From positions 30,814,001-30,878,000 of the forward strand of contig OX597821.1 in assembly GCA_951406725.2 (NCBI GenBank): DNA of 64,000 nucleotides, given 5' to 3'. Of the stretch, positions 1 to 13,145 are shown in pieces. The stretch's first letter is position 1. Every line of letters begins with the position of its first letter. The notes below the pieces were generated by a model, which saw nothing but the letters and a program-made list of their open reading frames with translations, was not told the DNA's origin and searched no databases. The DNA is from Octopus vulgaris. Taxonomy: Eukaryota. Position numbers and translations under genes: made by a program.

Positions 1-227
1 ACGGTACAGAATGCTTTTTAACTCAATAGACGTATTTGATTGGTTGAAATTGCAGAAATTGAAGAACAAAAAAAAACCAGCAGATATCTTACAACCTTTA
101 GAATTTTCTCAATAAAGCCAAGAGAAAATGATGTTTTATAAACACATTCTACCAGTATACGAAGTTTAAAAGTGTTTCGTTACGTGGAAATTAATTTTAA
201 AAACTGCCGTTGAAACCGAAAGCATCC
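1..227. mobile_element. Partial copy of GG-ended TIR MITE (same family as 9594-10069 and 50869-51267), cut by window edge
   Basis: Colinear with 51059-51267; ends in the TIR aaaaactgccgttgaaaccgaaagcatcc. Confidence 0.85.
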
Positions 228-684
228 CGCAAGAACACGTATAGATATATTAAAACATATATGCATACACACTCACACGCATAACAACAAAAGTGAAAGG
301 AGAGGAAAGGAAAATTAAGTACATCAAGAAAGAACGAATGCAATAGCTTAGTGTGGTCATTTTGTATGATATGGTTCTATAAAGCCCTGACTTACTGTTT
401 CGAAGAAAGAGGCACTAAAAGGAGGCATTAAATATGAACTTTACTGAACTTTTTTGACCTTTCTGCTTTCTCCTATTGTCGTTTTTTCTTAATCTGTTTT
501 CTCTCAATCCGTACGTTGTTACTTTGCATCTCTCTCTTTCTCTCTACCTTTCTTTTTCCTTTTCGTCTCCTCTTCTCCCTTTCTCTCCGTTACGTCTTTC
601 TTTCTTCTTCTTCCTTTTCTAATTTTTTTTTCTCCTCTTGCCCCTTGCACTTTTTTTCTCTTCACGCCTTCTGAATTTCTTTTT

Positions 685-788
685 GGATCTTTTCAATCTG
701 ACCGACATGTTTAATTTTTTTATTAATTTTTTTTTAAAACTTCACACTTTGAAACTTCGGATACTGGTAGAATGTGTCACATAGAACA
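685..788. mobile_element. Truncated relative of the same MITE family
   Basis: Starts ggatcttttc and contains aaacttcggatactggtagaatgtgt, matching 9654-9679. Confidence 0.6.
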
Positions 789-983
789 TACAAACATGCG
801 TGCACATGTATACATGTGTACATACATTGATCTGTACAAATATATATCCATGCATATCTTTTTGCATATATGCACATACTATACAACGCTAATATGTATA
901 GGCTTATCTTATTCTTGTTCACTACACAAGAGCAAATGTCTCTCAGACACATACACACACACATACACACACAGACATTCATA

Positions 984-1033
<50 letters not shown>

Positions 1034-1140
1034 ATATAAATGCATGTATATATATATAAATATATATGAAGTTTTATCTTGTGTGACAACAACGTTCAAG
1101 ATATACAACGGACTGGAAATAGTAGTGCTTTAATGAGCTG

Positions 1141-1281
1141 TATATACTTTTTATATCCGAGGGAGGCAATGTGAGCAACAACTAAAGGAACATTTAAAAA
1201 TCCACAGAATCTGTGGATTTTGCAATGTTCCTTTAGTTGTTGCTCGCATTGCTTCCCCTCAGATGAAAAAAAAAATATATA
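1141..1281. repeat. Long imperfect palindrome (~65-bp arms, 1-nt centre)
   Basis: gcaatgtgagcaacaactaaaggaacatttaaaaatccacaga-a-tctgtggattttgcaatgttcctttagttgttgctcgcattgc. Confidence 0.9.
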
Positions 1282-1296
1282 TATAAGCATATATGC

Positions 1297-1344
<48 letters not shown>

Positions 1345-1797
1345 CATATGCATATACATACATGAGCACATGTCAATGGAACATGTAAACTGATCAGAAC
1401 GTTTTATTATTACATTATTTATATTTTACTATGATTTTATTTTACAGCTGAGGGAATTCTGTCAGATTGTATTGTCTCTATTAATGTCCACAAAGTTTTA
1501 CAATGAAACACGTGATAGGAATACCCATACTGCAATAGAGCAATATCCTTGGCATAATACACACACACACGCAAAGACACACGCACAAACACAGGTACAC
1601 ACACACACATATACAGTAATGCCTCGATATACTAATGTGTCCGGCTGTTTTATGTTTCTGCAGGTTATCTTCACAATTAAGTTTTCGTTATGTGCGCATA
1701 TATGTAAAACACCAAGGTTGCTGCTGATGCTACTGCAACTACAACTATTAATGTTACTGCTATTGCTAATACTGCTGCTGTAGCTGTCACTGCCACT

Positions 1798-2030
1798 TAG
1801 GCGGCGAGCTGGCAGAAACTTTAGCACACCGGGCGAAATGCGTAGCCGTATTTCGTCTGTCGTTACGTTCTGAGTTCAAATTCCGCCGAGGTCTACTTTG
1901 CCTTTCATCCTTTCGGGGTCGATAAATAAAGTACCAGTTTCGCACTGGGGTCGATGTATTCGACTTAATCCCTTTGTCTGTCCTTGTTTGTCTCCTCTGT
2001 GTCTAGCCCCTTGTGGGTAGTAAAGAAATA
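1798..2030 (+). mobile_element. tRNA-derived SINE family A, full length
   Basis: Box A-like tggcagaaac, box B gagttcaaattcc; 13-bp TSD tgtcactgccact (1785-1797 / 2031-2043); many copies in window. Confidence 0.92.
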
Positions 2031-2139
2031 TGTCACTGCCACTACTACCACCCATACAATACACAAAGCACACAGTGAAACATATACAAGCTTATATCTC
2101 TATACATATATATGTATATGTAGGCACACGTGCAAAATC

Positions 2140-2752
2140 ATTCCTCGTCTTTCACATTTCCTGGCTTTCTCTTCATTATCACCTTCCCTCCTCTTTCACT
2201 TCATTCTGTACCTTTTCTTCTTTTCTCGTTTCTCCCTAATTCTTCTATCCCTCTACCTCTAACTTTTCACTCGTCTCTCTCCAGGTGACCGGTTTTCGGC
2301 CAAGGTTGACCTTTCTTTCTTGGTTCGACTACCATCTGTGCAACATCTATATTCCTCTCCATGCCTGTCATCTCTTACGTCTCCGCACTAAGGCTTCACT
2401 TCCACAAACACCAGCTTACTTTGATTCGTCCTTAGTCGAACCACACCTGTTGTTAATTTACTGTTATTTGAATTTGTATTTATGTAACATATCTCCGTTT
2501 TTTTTTTCGTCCTTGTTTTCGTATACATTCGCTGCTTTCTTCCAAGGAATCTAGTGCTCTTAGCTTAGTTTTCTCTCGGGGCTGGCCAGATTGGAGCGAT
2601 CTCGAGTATAACTAACCGAAATTGAAAAGATAATCTGGAACTCGACTGAGGAAAGAAAACTCCGAATGACCCGCCCTTGCTTTTTCTCCTCCCTTTATTG
2701 TATCATCCATTTGTGTGGATGTTTTGCGATCTTGTCCCATTTTTCGTTTTCG
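2140..2752. mobile_element. Unclassified interspersed repeat (possibly retroelement terminal repeat)
   Basis: Pyrimidine-rich block followed by a GC-richer structured segment, bounded by (TA)n; resembles a recurrent octopus repeat from memory only. Confidence 0.35.
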
Positions 2753-3624
2753 ATATATATATATATATATATATTCACACACACACTATATGTAAATGTA
2801 TGTGTATAACCCAAATTTCTATGTATAAGTGCATAGATAAATAGCTAGCCAGATAGATATAAAACTGTGCATTTCTGAACTGCATATGTATGTGTATTTG
2901 GGTGTGTGTATGCGTGTATATGTGTGTGTGTATCATTTATAACTGTATGGAAATTATTATTTAAAAATATAACTTAAAAATATAGTGTCATGTTATGCAG
3001 ATGATGGCAAGACATTGTTACTTGAATAAAATTAATATCGAATTTCCTATCGCATATGTGGTTTCCAATGATTCTGTTAAAATACTATAAAATGTTTTGC
3101 CTCATTAAGTCGAAGAAATAAAAGTTACATTTCGTGATTAGAAGCAAATATATATTTTATGAGGTGGAAGGGAATAGATAAATCTAAAAAAAAAAAAATA
3201 ATATATATTTAGAAGCTGTTAGAATGACCATTGCTACAGAGAAAAATGAAGGATATAAACGTCAAAATAGATTTTACTAAGAACAGACATTTGAAAAAAA
3301 TATACTGAGAGACGTATATATTCCTACGAGATCATATCATAAATAACGACTGTGTATGTAAGTGTGTATATAGTATGCATATGTATATGGCATGTATGTA
3401 TGTCTGTATACACACGTATATATATATATATATACACATACATAAATTTCTATATGTTTATATCTATATTTATCTCTCTATATTAACGTTTATATACGTG
3501 TGTGTGTATACATATATGTGTAATCTATATGCATATACATGTATATATAAAAGTATGATATATATATATATATATATACACATGCATACATACATACCTA
3601 CATATATATATATATATATTTATA

Positions 3625-3674
<50 letters not shown>

Positions 3675-3734
3675 TATATATATATATATGCGTGTGTGTC
3701 TGTGTATCTCTGTGTATGTATTTTTTAATATTTT

Positions 3735-4245
3735 ATTTATTCCAGATTTTACATTTCGGTCATGCTTGAGTACCGCATTGAAAATGTTTAGAAGAACGAA
3801 TTGACCCCAGTTCTTATCTTTTAGTCTGGTACTTTTTCTATTGGTTGTTGTTTGCGTAACGGCTAGATAACGGTGAAAAAAAAACACACCAATACGTGCT
3901 GTCTTCCACTAGTGGAGGACGAACACATACACGAGAACACGCACATACACGAACCTGCTCACACTCACAAAGAGTCAAAAGATTTCTTCCACTTTGCCGT
4001 TTACCAAATTCATTCTCGAGGTATTAGTCATCCCGAGTTCCAGAGGTCGAATTTGCCTTTCATCCTTTCGGGGTCGATAAATTAAGTACCAGTTGCGCAC
4101 TGGGGTCGATGTAATCAACTTTATCCGTTTGTCTGTCTTTGTTTGTCCACTCTATGTTTAGTCCCTTGTGGGTAATAAAGAAATAGGTATCATGCGATGA
4201 TAGTGATCCCGGAACCTTTAGGGTGAAAAGCAAACTTCTAAGCAC
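3735..4245 (-). mobile_element. Degenerate SINE family C interrupted by a family A fragment
   Basis: Similar to 11781-12192; head remnant resumes at ~4200 after the nested insertion. Confidence 0.65.
4042..4188 (+). mobile_element. 5'-truncated SINE family A
   Basis: gaggtcga..tgcctttcatcctttcggggtcgataaattaagtaccag...aaagaaataggta. Confidence 0.85.
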
Positions 4246-4271
4246 TGCGAAAAAATTCGCTACTAATATAT

Positions 4272-4360
4272 ATACTCTTTACTCATTTACCCTTTTACTT
4301 CTTTCAGTCATTTGATTGCGTCTATGCTGGAGCACCGCCTTTAGTCGAGCAAATCGACTA
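4272..4360 (-). mobile_element. SINE family C 3' tail fragment
   Basis: ttttact repeats followed by ttcagtcatttga...atgctggagcaccgcctttagtcgag. Confidence 0.8.
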
Positions 4361-4371
4361 ATTTTTTGGGG

Positions 4372-4493
4372 GGAAGGGGGCCAGTTGATTAGATCGACGC
4401 CAGTATACAACTGGTAAATGATTTATCGATCCCCAAAGGACGAAAGGCAAAGTCGACCTCGGCAGAATTTGAAATCAGAATGTAAAGACAGAC
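4372..4493 (-). mobile_element. SINE family A fragment
   Basis: Reverse complement of the family A core (gaaaggcaaagtcgacctcggc). Confidence 0.8.
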
Positions 4494-4583
4494 TGTTACA
4501 GTATACAAAGATTGTTCATGGCACCAGTACACTGTTTATAGATGCTTAAATTTTGTTTCTTTTCGGGGAAATTTTCACGGGTC

Positions 4584-4708
4584 TCTTTCGGGGTCGATTA
4601 AATAAGTACCAGTTACGCACTGGGGTCGATATAATCGACTTAATCCGTTTGTCTGTCCTTGTTTCTCCCCTCTGTGTTTAGCCCCTTGTGGATAGTAAAG
4701 AAATAGGT
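4584..4708 (+). mobile_element. SINE family A 3' half
   Basis: ctttcggggtcgattaaataagtaccag...aaagaaataggta. Confidence 0.85.
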
Positions 4709-5917
4709 AGTAGAAGTAGATCGAACACAGGAATGTACTACCGATTAAACAGCTGAGATTGGGAATTAGCATTACAGCGGGGTGCACCATATCTGTTTTT
4801 GCTATTTGTGGCTGTCATAAACACAGAACTTGTGGTGGGAATGAAACAGTTGAGATGTCCAATAAAATGACTGAAACATAGGAAATCCAGTTTGAAGGAC
4901 ATTAATAGATGACATGTCGGTTATGACTCCATGAATTGAAGGAGCACAGCGGACAGTGAGCTCACTTTAAAAAAATGACCACATGTTCTTCAGCATTCAG
5001 GGTTCTTAGATACCGAAAATCCAATAGAAAATTGTGTGCTGCATTAGGAAAAATTACGATCATATCCTGAAGGATACGGAAAATATCGGAGAAAATTTGA
5101 CTACTAGATACTTAGAAGGTTCAAAATTGGTGCTTCGGGTATGGTAAAATACTCAGATCCCAGTGGATAGTTTTGGTTAGCGGCTTTTCCATGACACCCG
5201 TAAAGAAACTGGAGGTGTTGCGTAGCATATTCGTACGAATGTGGCAGTGTTTCCCCCAAATTTCTGTTCAGTCAGTCTGCATTGGAATCCTCTAAGCTCC
5301 GCCTATCAATTTTTATCAAGATGGTGTTCTGACTACGATACGTAAAAAAATTCGTACTGACACAAAATTTACTTCTAGATGGAAAATAAAAAAAAACTGA
5401 GCGATATTTTATGCTATTCTCAACGAAAAAGGGAGAACTATGTTTTAAAAATTAGAATACCTGTACTATTAACAAGTATAGTGAGGAGGTAGGGAGACCT
5501 ATTCGTGATTAATATGCTCTGCTGATAAGATTTTAATGACACACTGACATCTATACATGTTACGGTGCCAAATAATATCGATCTTATTTCCTTGTGTGAT
5601 AACAATTTTTTGTGTAATTCATTCATAATTTCTATAAATTATCTACTCTATTTTATAGATGAAAACAATTGCCGGTTGTTTGACTCTCCCCTAGGAGCAA
5701 ATTGCAATATAATGTGAATATTTTTTGCAAATCATTGAATATATAGCCAGAGATATATGTGATCAATTATGATTTTTACTTCTTACAAAGAAACTGTAGC
5801 ATGCAAGATAGTTCAAAGTATAAAGCCCAGGGGAGTCTATATCAAATTATTCAAGCTGAAGTACAATCTTTAAATTTCATAAAGCTCTCGAAACAACAAA
5901 AAAGTTTTATTCGTGAA

Positions 5918-6100
<183 letters not shown>

Positions 6101-6174
6101 ATATCTCTGTATAAATATAAATATATAAATAGAAAGAGAGAGAGAGAGAGATAAAGAGATAGACAGATGGATAT

Positions 6175-6505
6175 TCTTTTCTTTTATACTTTTACTTCCT
6201 TCTAACTTTTGACTGCAGCCATGCTGGAGAACCACATTGAAGGGTTTTATTCGAGCAAATTACCCCCAGGATTTATTAATTGTAAGCCGAGTACTTATCC
6301 TATCGGTTTCTTATGCGGAACCGCTATGGTACAGGGACGTAAACACACCAACACCAGTTGTCAAGCGATGATGGGGACAAACACAGACACAAAGACACAC
6401 ACACATATGACGTGCTTTTTTTCACTTTCCTTTTACCAAATCCACTCACAAAACTTTGGTCTGTCCACGGCTATAGAAGAAAACACTTGCCCAAGGTTCC
6501 ACACC
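6175..6505 (-). mobile_element. SINE family C, headless and degenerate
   Basis: Colinear with 11781-12130. Confidence 0.85.
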
Positions 6506-6802
6506 ATATTTATGCCGTTTTCAGTTAGCCTAGAAACGCTGTCGAATATGGGAATTTAATATTTAAATAAGGTTTACAATACCAGTATCACATTGTATTT
6601 TACGATATAATCTTGTTATTTAGTTCGTGATCAACAATGATACACCTAGCTCATGATAATACAGTAGCATACAGTAGCAGTGTATCGATCATATTTTTAT
6701 CAATTTTATTTCTATTGCGAGTTATTTCAGCGGCAGTTGTGGTGATCTGTTATTATCTCTTGTTTTAACGTATTATTTTTATCCAGTGGTAATATTAAAT
6801 AT

Positions 6803-7246
6803 GGAGGCGCAATGGCCCAGTGGTTAGGGCAGCTGACCGGCGGTCGTAGGATCGCGGTTTCAATTCCCCGACCGGGCATTGTGAGTGTTTATTGAGCGAA
6901 AACACCTAAAGCTCCACGAGGCACCGTTTCTGTTGTACCTGTACTTCAAAGGGCCAGCCTTGTCACACTCTGTGTCACGCTGAATCTCCTCGAGAACTAC
7001 GTTAAGGGTACACGTGTCTGTGGAGTGCTCAGTCACTTGCACGTTAATAAATGAGCTGCGACGTCGCTGATGCCAAGTTGTATTGGCCTTTGCCTTTCCC
7101 TTGGATAACATTGGTGGCGTGGAGAAGGGAGGCTGGTGTGCGTGGGCGACTGCTGGTCTTCCATAACCAACCTTGCTCAGACTTGTACCTCGGAGGGTAA
7201 CTTTCTAGGTGCAATTCCATGGTCATTCATGACCGAAGGAGGTCAC
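6803..7246 (+). mobile_element. tRNA-derived SINE family B, full length
   Basis: tRNA-like head ggaggcgcaatggcccagtggttagggcag...ggtttcaattccc; 12-bp TSD aatattaaatat (6791-6802 / 7247-7258). Confidence 0.92.
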
Positions 7247-7262
7247 AATATTAAATATAATC

Positions 7263-7480
7263 AAGGCAGTAAGCTGTCAAAATCGTTATTAAGCCAGGCA
7301 AAATGCTTAGCAGCATATCAGATGTCTTTATCTTCTAAGCGCAAAATCTACCGAGGTTAAATTTGCTTCTCATCATTTCGGACTCGATAAATAAATAAGA
7401 ACCTACTGAATAATGGGGTCGATGTAACGGATTTAACCCCTCCCCGAAATTGCTGGTCTTGTACTAAAATTTTAAACCAG
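7263..7480 (+). mobile_element. Old SINE family A-like copy
   Basis: aaggcagtaagctg...ccgaggtt...ggggtcgatgta...tttaaacca. Confidence 0.7.
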
Positions 7481-8622
7481 TATTGAACATAATTCTTTCG
7501 ACTTAAATATGGAAACAAAAGTTCGGTAATTCGAATCCCTTAAATTACTTTTAATAATTCGTACAAATCAACGGTTTTCTTCTATCTCCTGATAACTGGT
7601 AACCTTTCTGCTGGAAATAGGTGAGCTTTGGCTAAAACGCGAAAAACATTTATATATACGTTGAACGCAATATATTTATTCTAACAGATTACTACAAGTT
7701 CTGTAAATTTTATTTCTTTTACGAGTGAAACTAAACAAAAATAAAATACGTTTAGCTCTAACATGCAAAGGAAATAGTCGCTGAAGAAAATATTTTATTG
7801 CGTGAGAAAATGCAGGCCAGCAAATTTGCAATAAATTAGGTTAGTTTCATTATTCATAAAATAACTTCTTCAAAAGAATGTTTTGTTTTTTTTTATAACT
7901 GATATCGTATTGAGTAAGAACATTTTTAGAGAAAGACAAACAACCGCATATACATATATACAAATTAACTCATTGATTATAAATACTTGTTGCACTTCGA
8001 CAGATTGGCAGATGTTATCTCTATGTTTATTTCTTACACATAGTTGGATTATGTTGCTGAAGAATTTAGAAATGTGGATAGGAAGCTGAAGTACCAATAA
8101 AGGAATATCAGAGGTATTTTGCAAACAAATTATGGCAGTTGATTTTGGGGAAGATATATCATAGTTGCAAATATCTATCCCACTGAAGTTGTTACCTCTC
8201 AGTACAGTTTTGCTGGAAGTTATATATCACCTTCTTTATACACGACAACACTATATTTACCACCAGCATTTACATCATACTGATTTTGACTGAGACGACT
8301 GACATTCGTGCGTTTCCGTAGACATCTCACATATGTAGTATGTCCTGAAAAACTGTTAAGCACTCAAATAGACTACTAGTCCTAGCACTCAAATTTATTT
8401 AATCACATCTTAGTGTCTTAAAATGAAATGGCATGTTAGCCAATACATTGTATTCAATCGATCGCAGTAGCGATCGATTGAATACAACATACTTGTAAAT
8501 AGATATTTAGATAGACAAATAGATAGATAAATATATAGATAAATAGATGGATATACAGACAGATGAATGGAAAGACAAACATACAGGTTGCTAGGTAGGT
8601 AGGTAGGTAGGTAGGTAGGTAT

Positions 8623-8831
8623 GGCAACGAGCTGGCAGAAACGTTAGCACGCCGGGCGAAATGCTTAGTGGTATTTCGTCTGCCGCTACGTTCTGAGTTC
8701 AAATTCCGCCGAGGTCGACTTTGCCTTTCATCCTTTCGGGGTCGATTAAATAAGTACCAGTTACTAAATCCGTTTGTCTGTCCTTGTTAGTTCTCTCTGT
8801 GTTTAGCCCCTTGTGGGTAGTAAAAAAAATA
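8623..8831 (+). mobile_element. SINE family A embedded in (TAGG)n
   Basis: Family A head and core, flanked on both sides by taggtagg arrays. Confidence 0.9.
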
Positions 8832-9593
8832 GGTAGGTAGGTAGGTAGGTAGGTAGGTAGAGAGGGAGGGAGGGAGGGAGGTAGACATGTGGATAGATAG
8901 GTAGATAGATAGATAGGTAGATACATAGATAGGTAGGTAGGTAGAATGAAATGTATGTATTTAATAAGCAGAAGACTTGAATTTCGGCCGTTATGACTTG
9001 ATCTTGTTTCTGCTCGACCAGGAGTGAAATGTGACTAAACACAAACACTGTTATGTACTTTTAAAATGTTTTGATATTAACGACCCTGAATACACGAATA
9101 ATTCTATTATTATTCTCTGTCGAGTGATGGGTATTAATATATTCCTCAGTGCGTTCCGTTCATACATATTCAAAGTATTCATTATTAGACTTTCTACAAT
9201 TCAGTTTCTCTATCGATACACGACCTGTGTTATTGAAGATCAAAATGCATGAAACCGATTGATTCCAGTTACTATTCCAACTTCACAAATATATGTTAGT
9301 ATCCAAATTACATAAACGCTTATAAATATGAATATTGAATTCTATGACACAGAAGAGTACGCTGAAGTGATTCTTTAAATCGTGCTACTCATTGAAACCA
9401 TAGCAAGTTATAGATTTTTGTTCATCCCTATAACAACAGTGTTATATAGTTTCTGTTGTTATATTTTGTATTTTTGCTATGTTGTTTATATTGTTGTAGT
9501 GTTGATATTTTTTACATTGTGTTGATCCGGAAACGTAAGATTAATTGTATTATAGATGTGATTATTCCGTCATTTTAAGCGGTTAAGAAGGTT

Positions 9594-10069
9594 GCATCTA
9601 TTCGGTTTGAACGGCAGTTTTTTAAAATAATTTTCACGTAACTAAACACTTTTAAACTTCGTATACTGGTAGAATGTGTTTATAAAACATCTTTTTCTCT
9701 TGGCTTTATTGAGAAAATCCTATAGTTTGTAAGATATTTGTTGTTTTTTCTTCAATTTCTGCATTTTCAACCAATCAGTGACCTATATTGAGGTAAAAAC
9801 ATTATGTGCAGTATGAATATGTCCCTCGTTTAAGACACATATAGGCTTTATTTACATTTGTGAAGAAAAAAAAGATACCCTTCACTCCACTCCTAACCCT
9901 AACCTTAACCCTAACCCTAACCCAAACCCTAACTAACACTAACTAATCCTAACTAGCCCTAACCCTAAAACAGATTGAAATGCAATAGATCGATACTAGA
10001 GTCATAATTATGTGTGACACTTTCATATGACACCGCTAGAAAATACTGCCGTTCAAACCGAAAAGATCC
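9594..10069. mobile_element. Non-autonomous TIR element (MITE, Merlin-like) with internal telomeric repeat
   Basis: ~28-bp TIRs (gcatctattcggtttgaacggcagttttt / aaatactgccgttcaaaccgaaaagatcc); perfect 8-bp TSD agaaggtt (9586-9593 / 10070-10077). Confidence 0.92.
9893..9967 (-). repeat. Degenerate interstitial (TTAGGG)n tract
   Basis: ctaaccctaaccttaaccctaaccctaacccaaaccctaa... about 12 imperfect units. Confidence 0.9.
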
Positions 10070-10304
10070 AGAAGGTTTAAAATATTCAGGTAATTGGATA
10101 CTTAGCTGATACACTAGAGTGAAGAATTGAAGGAGATTTAGCTTAAGTTTCTAGCGGGACGAATTACTCAATTTATGCACACTTCTACTTATTGAAATTT
10201 TTAAACAACCAATTTTACATTGCATAAGTCGTAGCTTTGTTCTAAAGTAAAAAAAACTACCAAATTACACAATCGAATTAGTATATTCCAGCCATGGCTA
10301 TATT

Positions 10305-10514
10305 TTTGTTTTCTACTCTAGGCAAAAGGCCCGAAATTTTTAAGAGCGGGCCAGTCGATTAGATGTGTACGCATCTGGTACTTAATTTATCGACTCCGAA
10401 AGGATGAAAGCTAAAGTCAACCTCAGCGGAATTTGAACTCAGATCGTAAAGACAGACGAAGTACGGCTAAGCATTTCACCCAGCATGCTAACGTTTCTGC
10501 CAGCTCGCCGCTTT
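10305..10514 (-). mobile_element. SINE family A variant
   Basis: Reverse complement of family A; 14-bp TSD gccatg(g/a)ctatatt (10291-10304 / 10515-10528). Confidence 0.9.
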
Positions 10515-11618
10515 GCCATGACTATATTATTAAAATAATGTATATTGTATAAAAGTATTCATTACTCGACTGTTCTTGGTGGAAAATAGTCTATGGATAT
10601 ATGGTTGCGGGAAGGATACCGGAACGATGATGGTTCGAGGTAAGATTCTTAACCACACACCAATGCTTTCACTTCTATGTAAAATATTCTTGTCTAATTT
10701 TTGTAATAAAAAAATTGTTGTGAACAGAAAAATTCTTGTTCGTATAATTGTTAGCCTCTTAAAATTATAAATCTAAAATTCACATGAATTCGACTTTGCT
10801 TTTCATCCCTTCATGTGCTAAAATTATAAAACCATTTCTAGAACTAATGTTGCACAATGCCCACACCAAAATAGTGAGCCTTTCCATACATCAGAATACA
10901 TTCAACTTTTGTCCGTTTAAAATCATTCCATGGCATTCCTCTGGTGTATCCATAGGTTCCGGTATCGTTAGATACCCATTTATATCAAATTCGATATAAT
11001 AAACTACTTTTATGAATATATTAAATTGATAATCGTCACTGAATTTCTTACTGTGTTCTTATGAGGACAATGATGATCGACCTAATATATCTGTAAATGA
11101 AGGTCAATAGATTGATAATGAATATACACAAAATCCGTTAATAATGTGATGTATGAAATATGCATCTGCATAAGTTGTCATTATTAAATCAACGAATATA
11201 TTACAACAATCTATGTTACAATGATTTTAAACATTAAGATGAAGAATATAAGTTCAAACCATACTCCGATTTATTTTAGCTAGTGATTAACTAACAATAC
11301 TTCAACAACGAAATCTTAAATGCTCACCATAACTGCTACAAATCATTTCTTATGGACCACTTATTATCCGTCTCATGTAAAATACCTAATAAAGATTATT
11401 AAGACGCAACGTTCCCGAAAAACTTTCATCATGTTTCCGATGTATAAATATCTGAGAAATATCAGGGTGCTGTTACGAAATGTATAACGGGTGAAATGTA
11501 AAGATAACTCTTTGACATAACTGTTACTATAATTCAGTGTTCTGCATTTCGATCTTCAAAAACTCGCTGAATTAAGTAATCGGCTAAGAATGTTTCGACG
11601 AAACAAACCATTTCGTAC

Positions 11619-11780
11619 ATGTATGCATGTATATATGTATGTATGTATGTAGGTGTGTATGTATGTATGTATGTATGTATGTATGTATGTATGTATGTAT
11701 GTATGAATGTATGTATGTATGTATGTATGTATGTATGTATGTATGCATTTATGCATGTATTTACGTATGCATGTATGTAT
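11619..11780. repeat. (TATG)n microsatellite
   Basis: Direct observation. Confidence 0.95.
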
Positions 11781-12192
11781 ACTCTTTTACTCTTTTACTC
11801 TTTTACTTGTTTCAGTCATTTGACTGCGGCCATGCTGGAGCACCGCCTTTAGTCGATCAAATCGACCCCGGAACTTATTCTTTGTAAGCCCAGTACTTAT
11901 TCTATCGGTCTCTTTTGCCGAACCGCTAAGTGGCGGGGACGTAGACACACCAGCATCGGTTGTCAAGCAATGCTAGGGGGACAAACACAGACACACAAAC
12001 ACACACACACACACATATATATATATACATATATACGACAGGCTTCTTTCAGTTTCCGTCTACCAAATCCACTCACAAGGCATTGGTCCGCCCGGGGCTA
12101 TAGCAGAAGACACTTGCCCAAGATGCCACGCATTGGACTGAACCCACAACCATGTGGTTGGTTAGCAAGCTACTTACCACACAGCCACTCCT
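11781..12192 (-). mobile_element. tRNA-derived SINE family C, full length
   Basis: On minus: tRNA-like head gtggctgtgtggtaag...ggttcagtcc, then cttgggcaagtgtc, internal (TA/TG)n and (GTAAAAGA)n tail. Confidence 0.92.
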
Positions 12193-12255
12193 GTATATAT
12201 ATATATATATACATGTATATATATCATTATGTATAATTATGAATATTTAATTATG

Positions 12256-12340
<85 letters not shown>

Positions 12341-12343
<3 letters not shown>

Positions 12344-12461
12344 TGTGAACACCCTGACCGACCAGGCTATCAGATGTTGCTACACATCGCTGGTCACAAA
12401 TCGCTTTGCATTGTTTTAGCCTTGAAATGACGCCACCCCGCTGGCTAAGCGAGCAGGCCAA
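12341..12461 (+). mobile_element. Probable SINE/LINE 3' fragment between (TA)n tracts
   Basis: GC-rich island gaccgaccaggctatcag...ggctaagcgagcaggcc resembling a recurrent octopus repeat (memory only). Confidence 0.45.
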
Positions 12462-12469
12462 TATATATT

Positions 12470-12529
<60 letters not shown>

Positions 12530-13078
12530 CATACACTTGCATATATGTACGTGTATGTGTGTATGTATATATAGACATCAATAAATATGTATATATATTC
12601 TATATATCTATGCATATGTAGATACATATACAAGCATAGAAACATATATCTGCATGATTCTCTCAGTCCACATAATTTGCTTCTGTTACATACATGTATA
12701 TACACACAGATATACATATACTTGCACACGCACATACACATATTCATGCGCCCTCAAACACATGCACACAAACGCATACACACAAACACATATTGTGTCC
12801 TTTTAATTGTGTCAGTCATTAGAGTGCATCCATGCTGGGGAAACGCCTTGAACAAATTTATTGAATAACAATGGACTAATACGCTCGCAAATAACCAAGA
12901 GGTATTTTTAAACACAATCACAGGATCTGCCTCTTCTAGCAGCCATGCCAAACGATTTCACTCTTGTACGATATATGTGAATGACTCAACGTGTTAATTC
13001 TGTTCTGTCACTATTATTTATTTTCTAATAAACCTGCTGGCTATCCGAGTGGACATATGTGTGAACGTGTATGTGTAC

Positions 13079-13145
<67 letters not shown>

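Noticed and set aside
2575-2675. Hammerhead-like pieces (ctgagga; ggctgg..aaccgaaa)
   Set aside because: Boxes are not in the right order with a closing stem II; core incomplete
4773-5340. Possible ancient Tc1-like element (tacagcggggtg start, KLEVLRSIF)
   Set aside because: No matching second TIR or convincing catalytic motif
9893-9967. True telomere or chromosome fusion site
   Set aside because: Short, single orientation and internal to a TSD-flanked MITE
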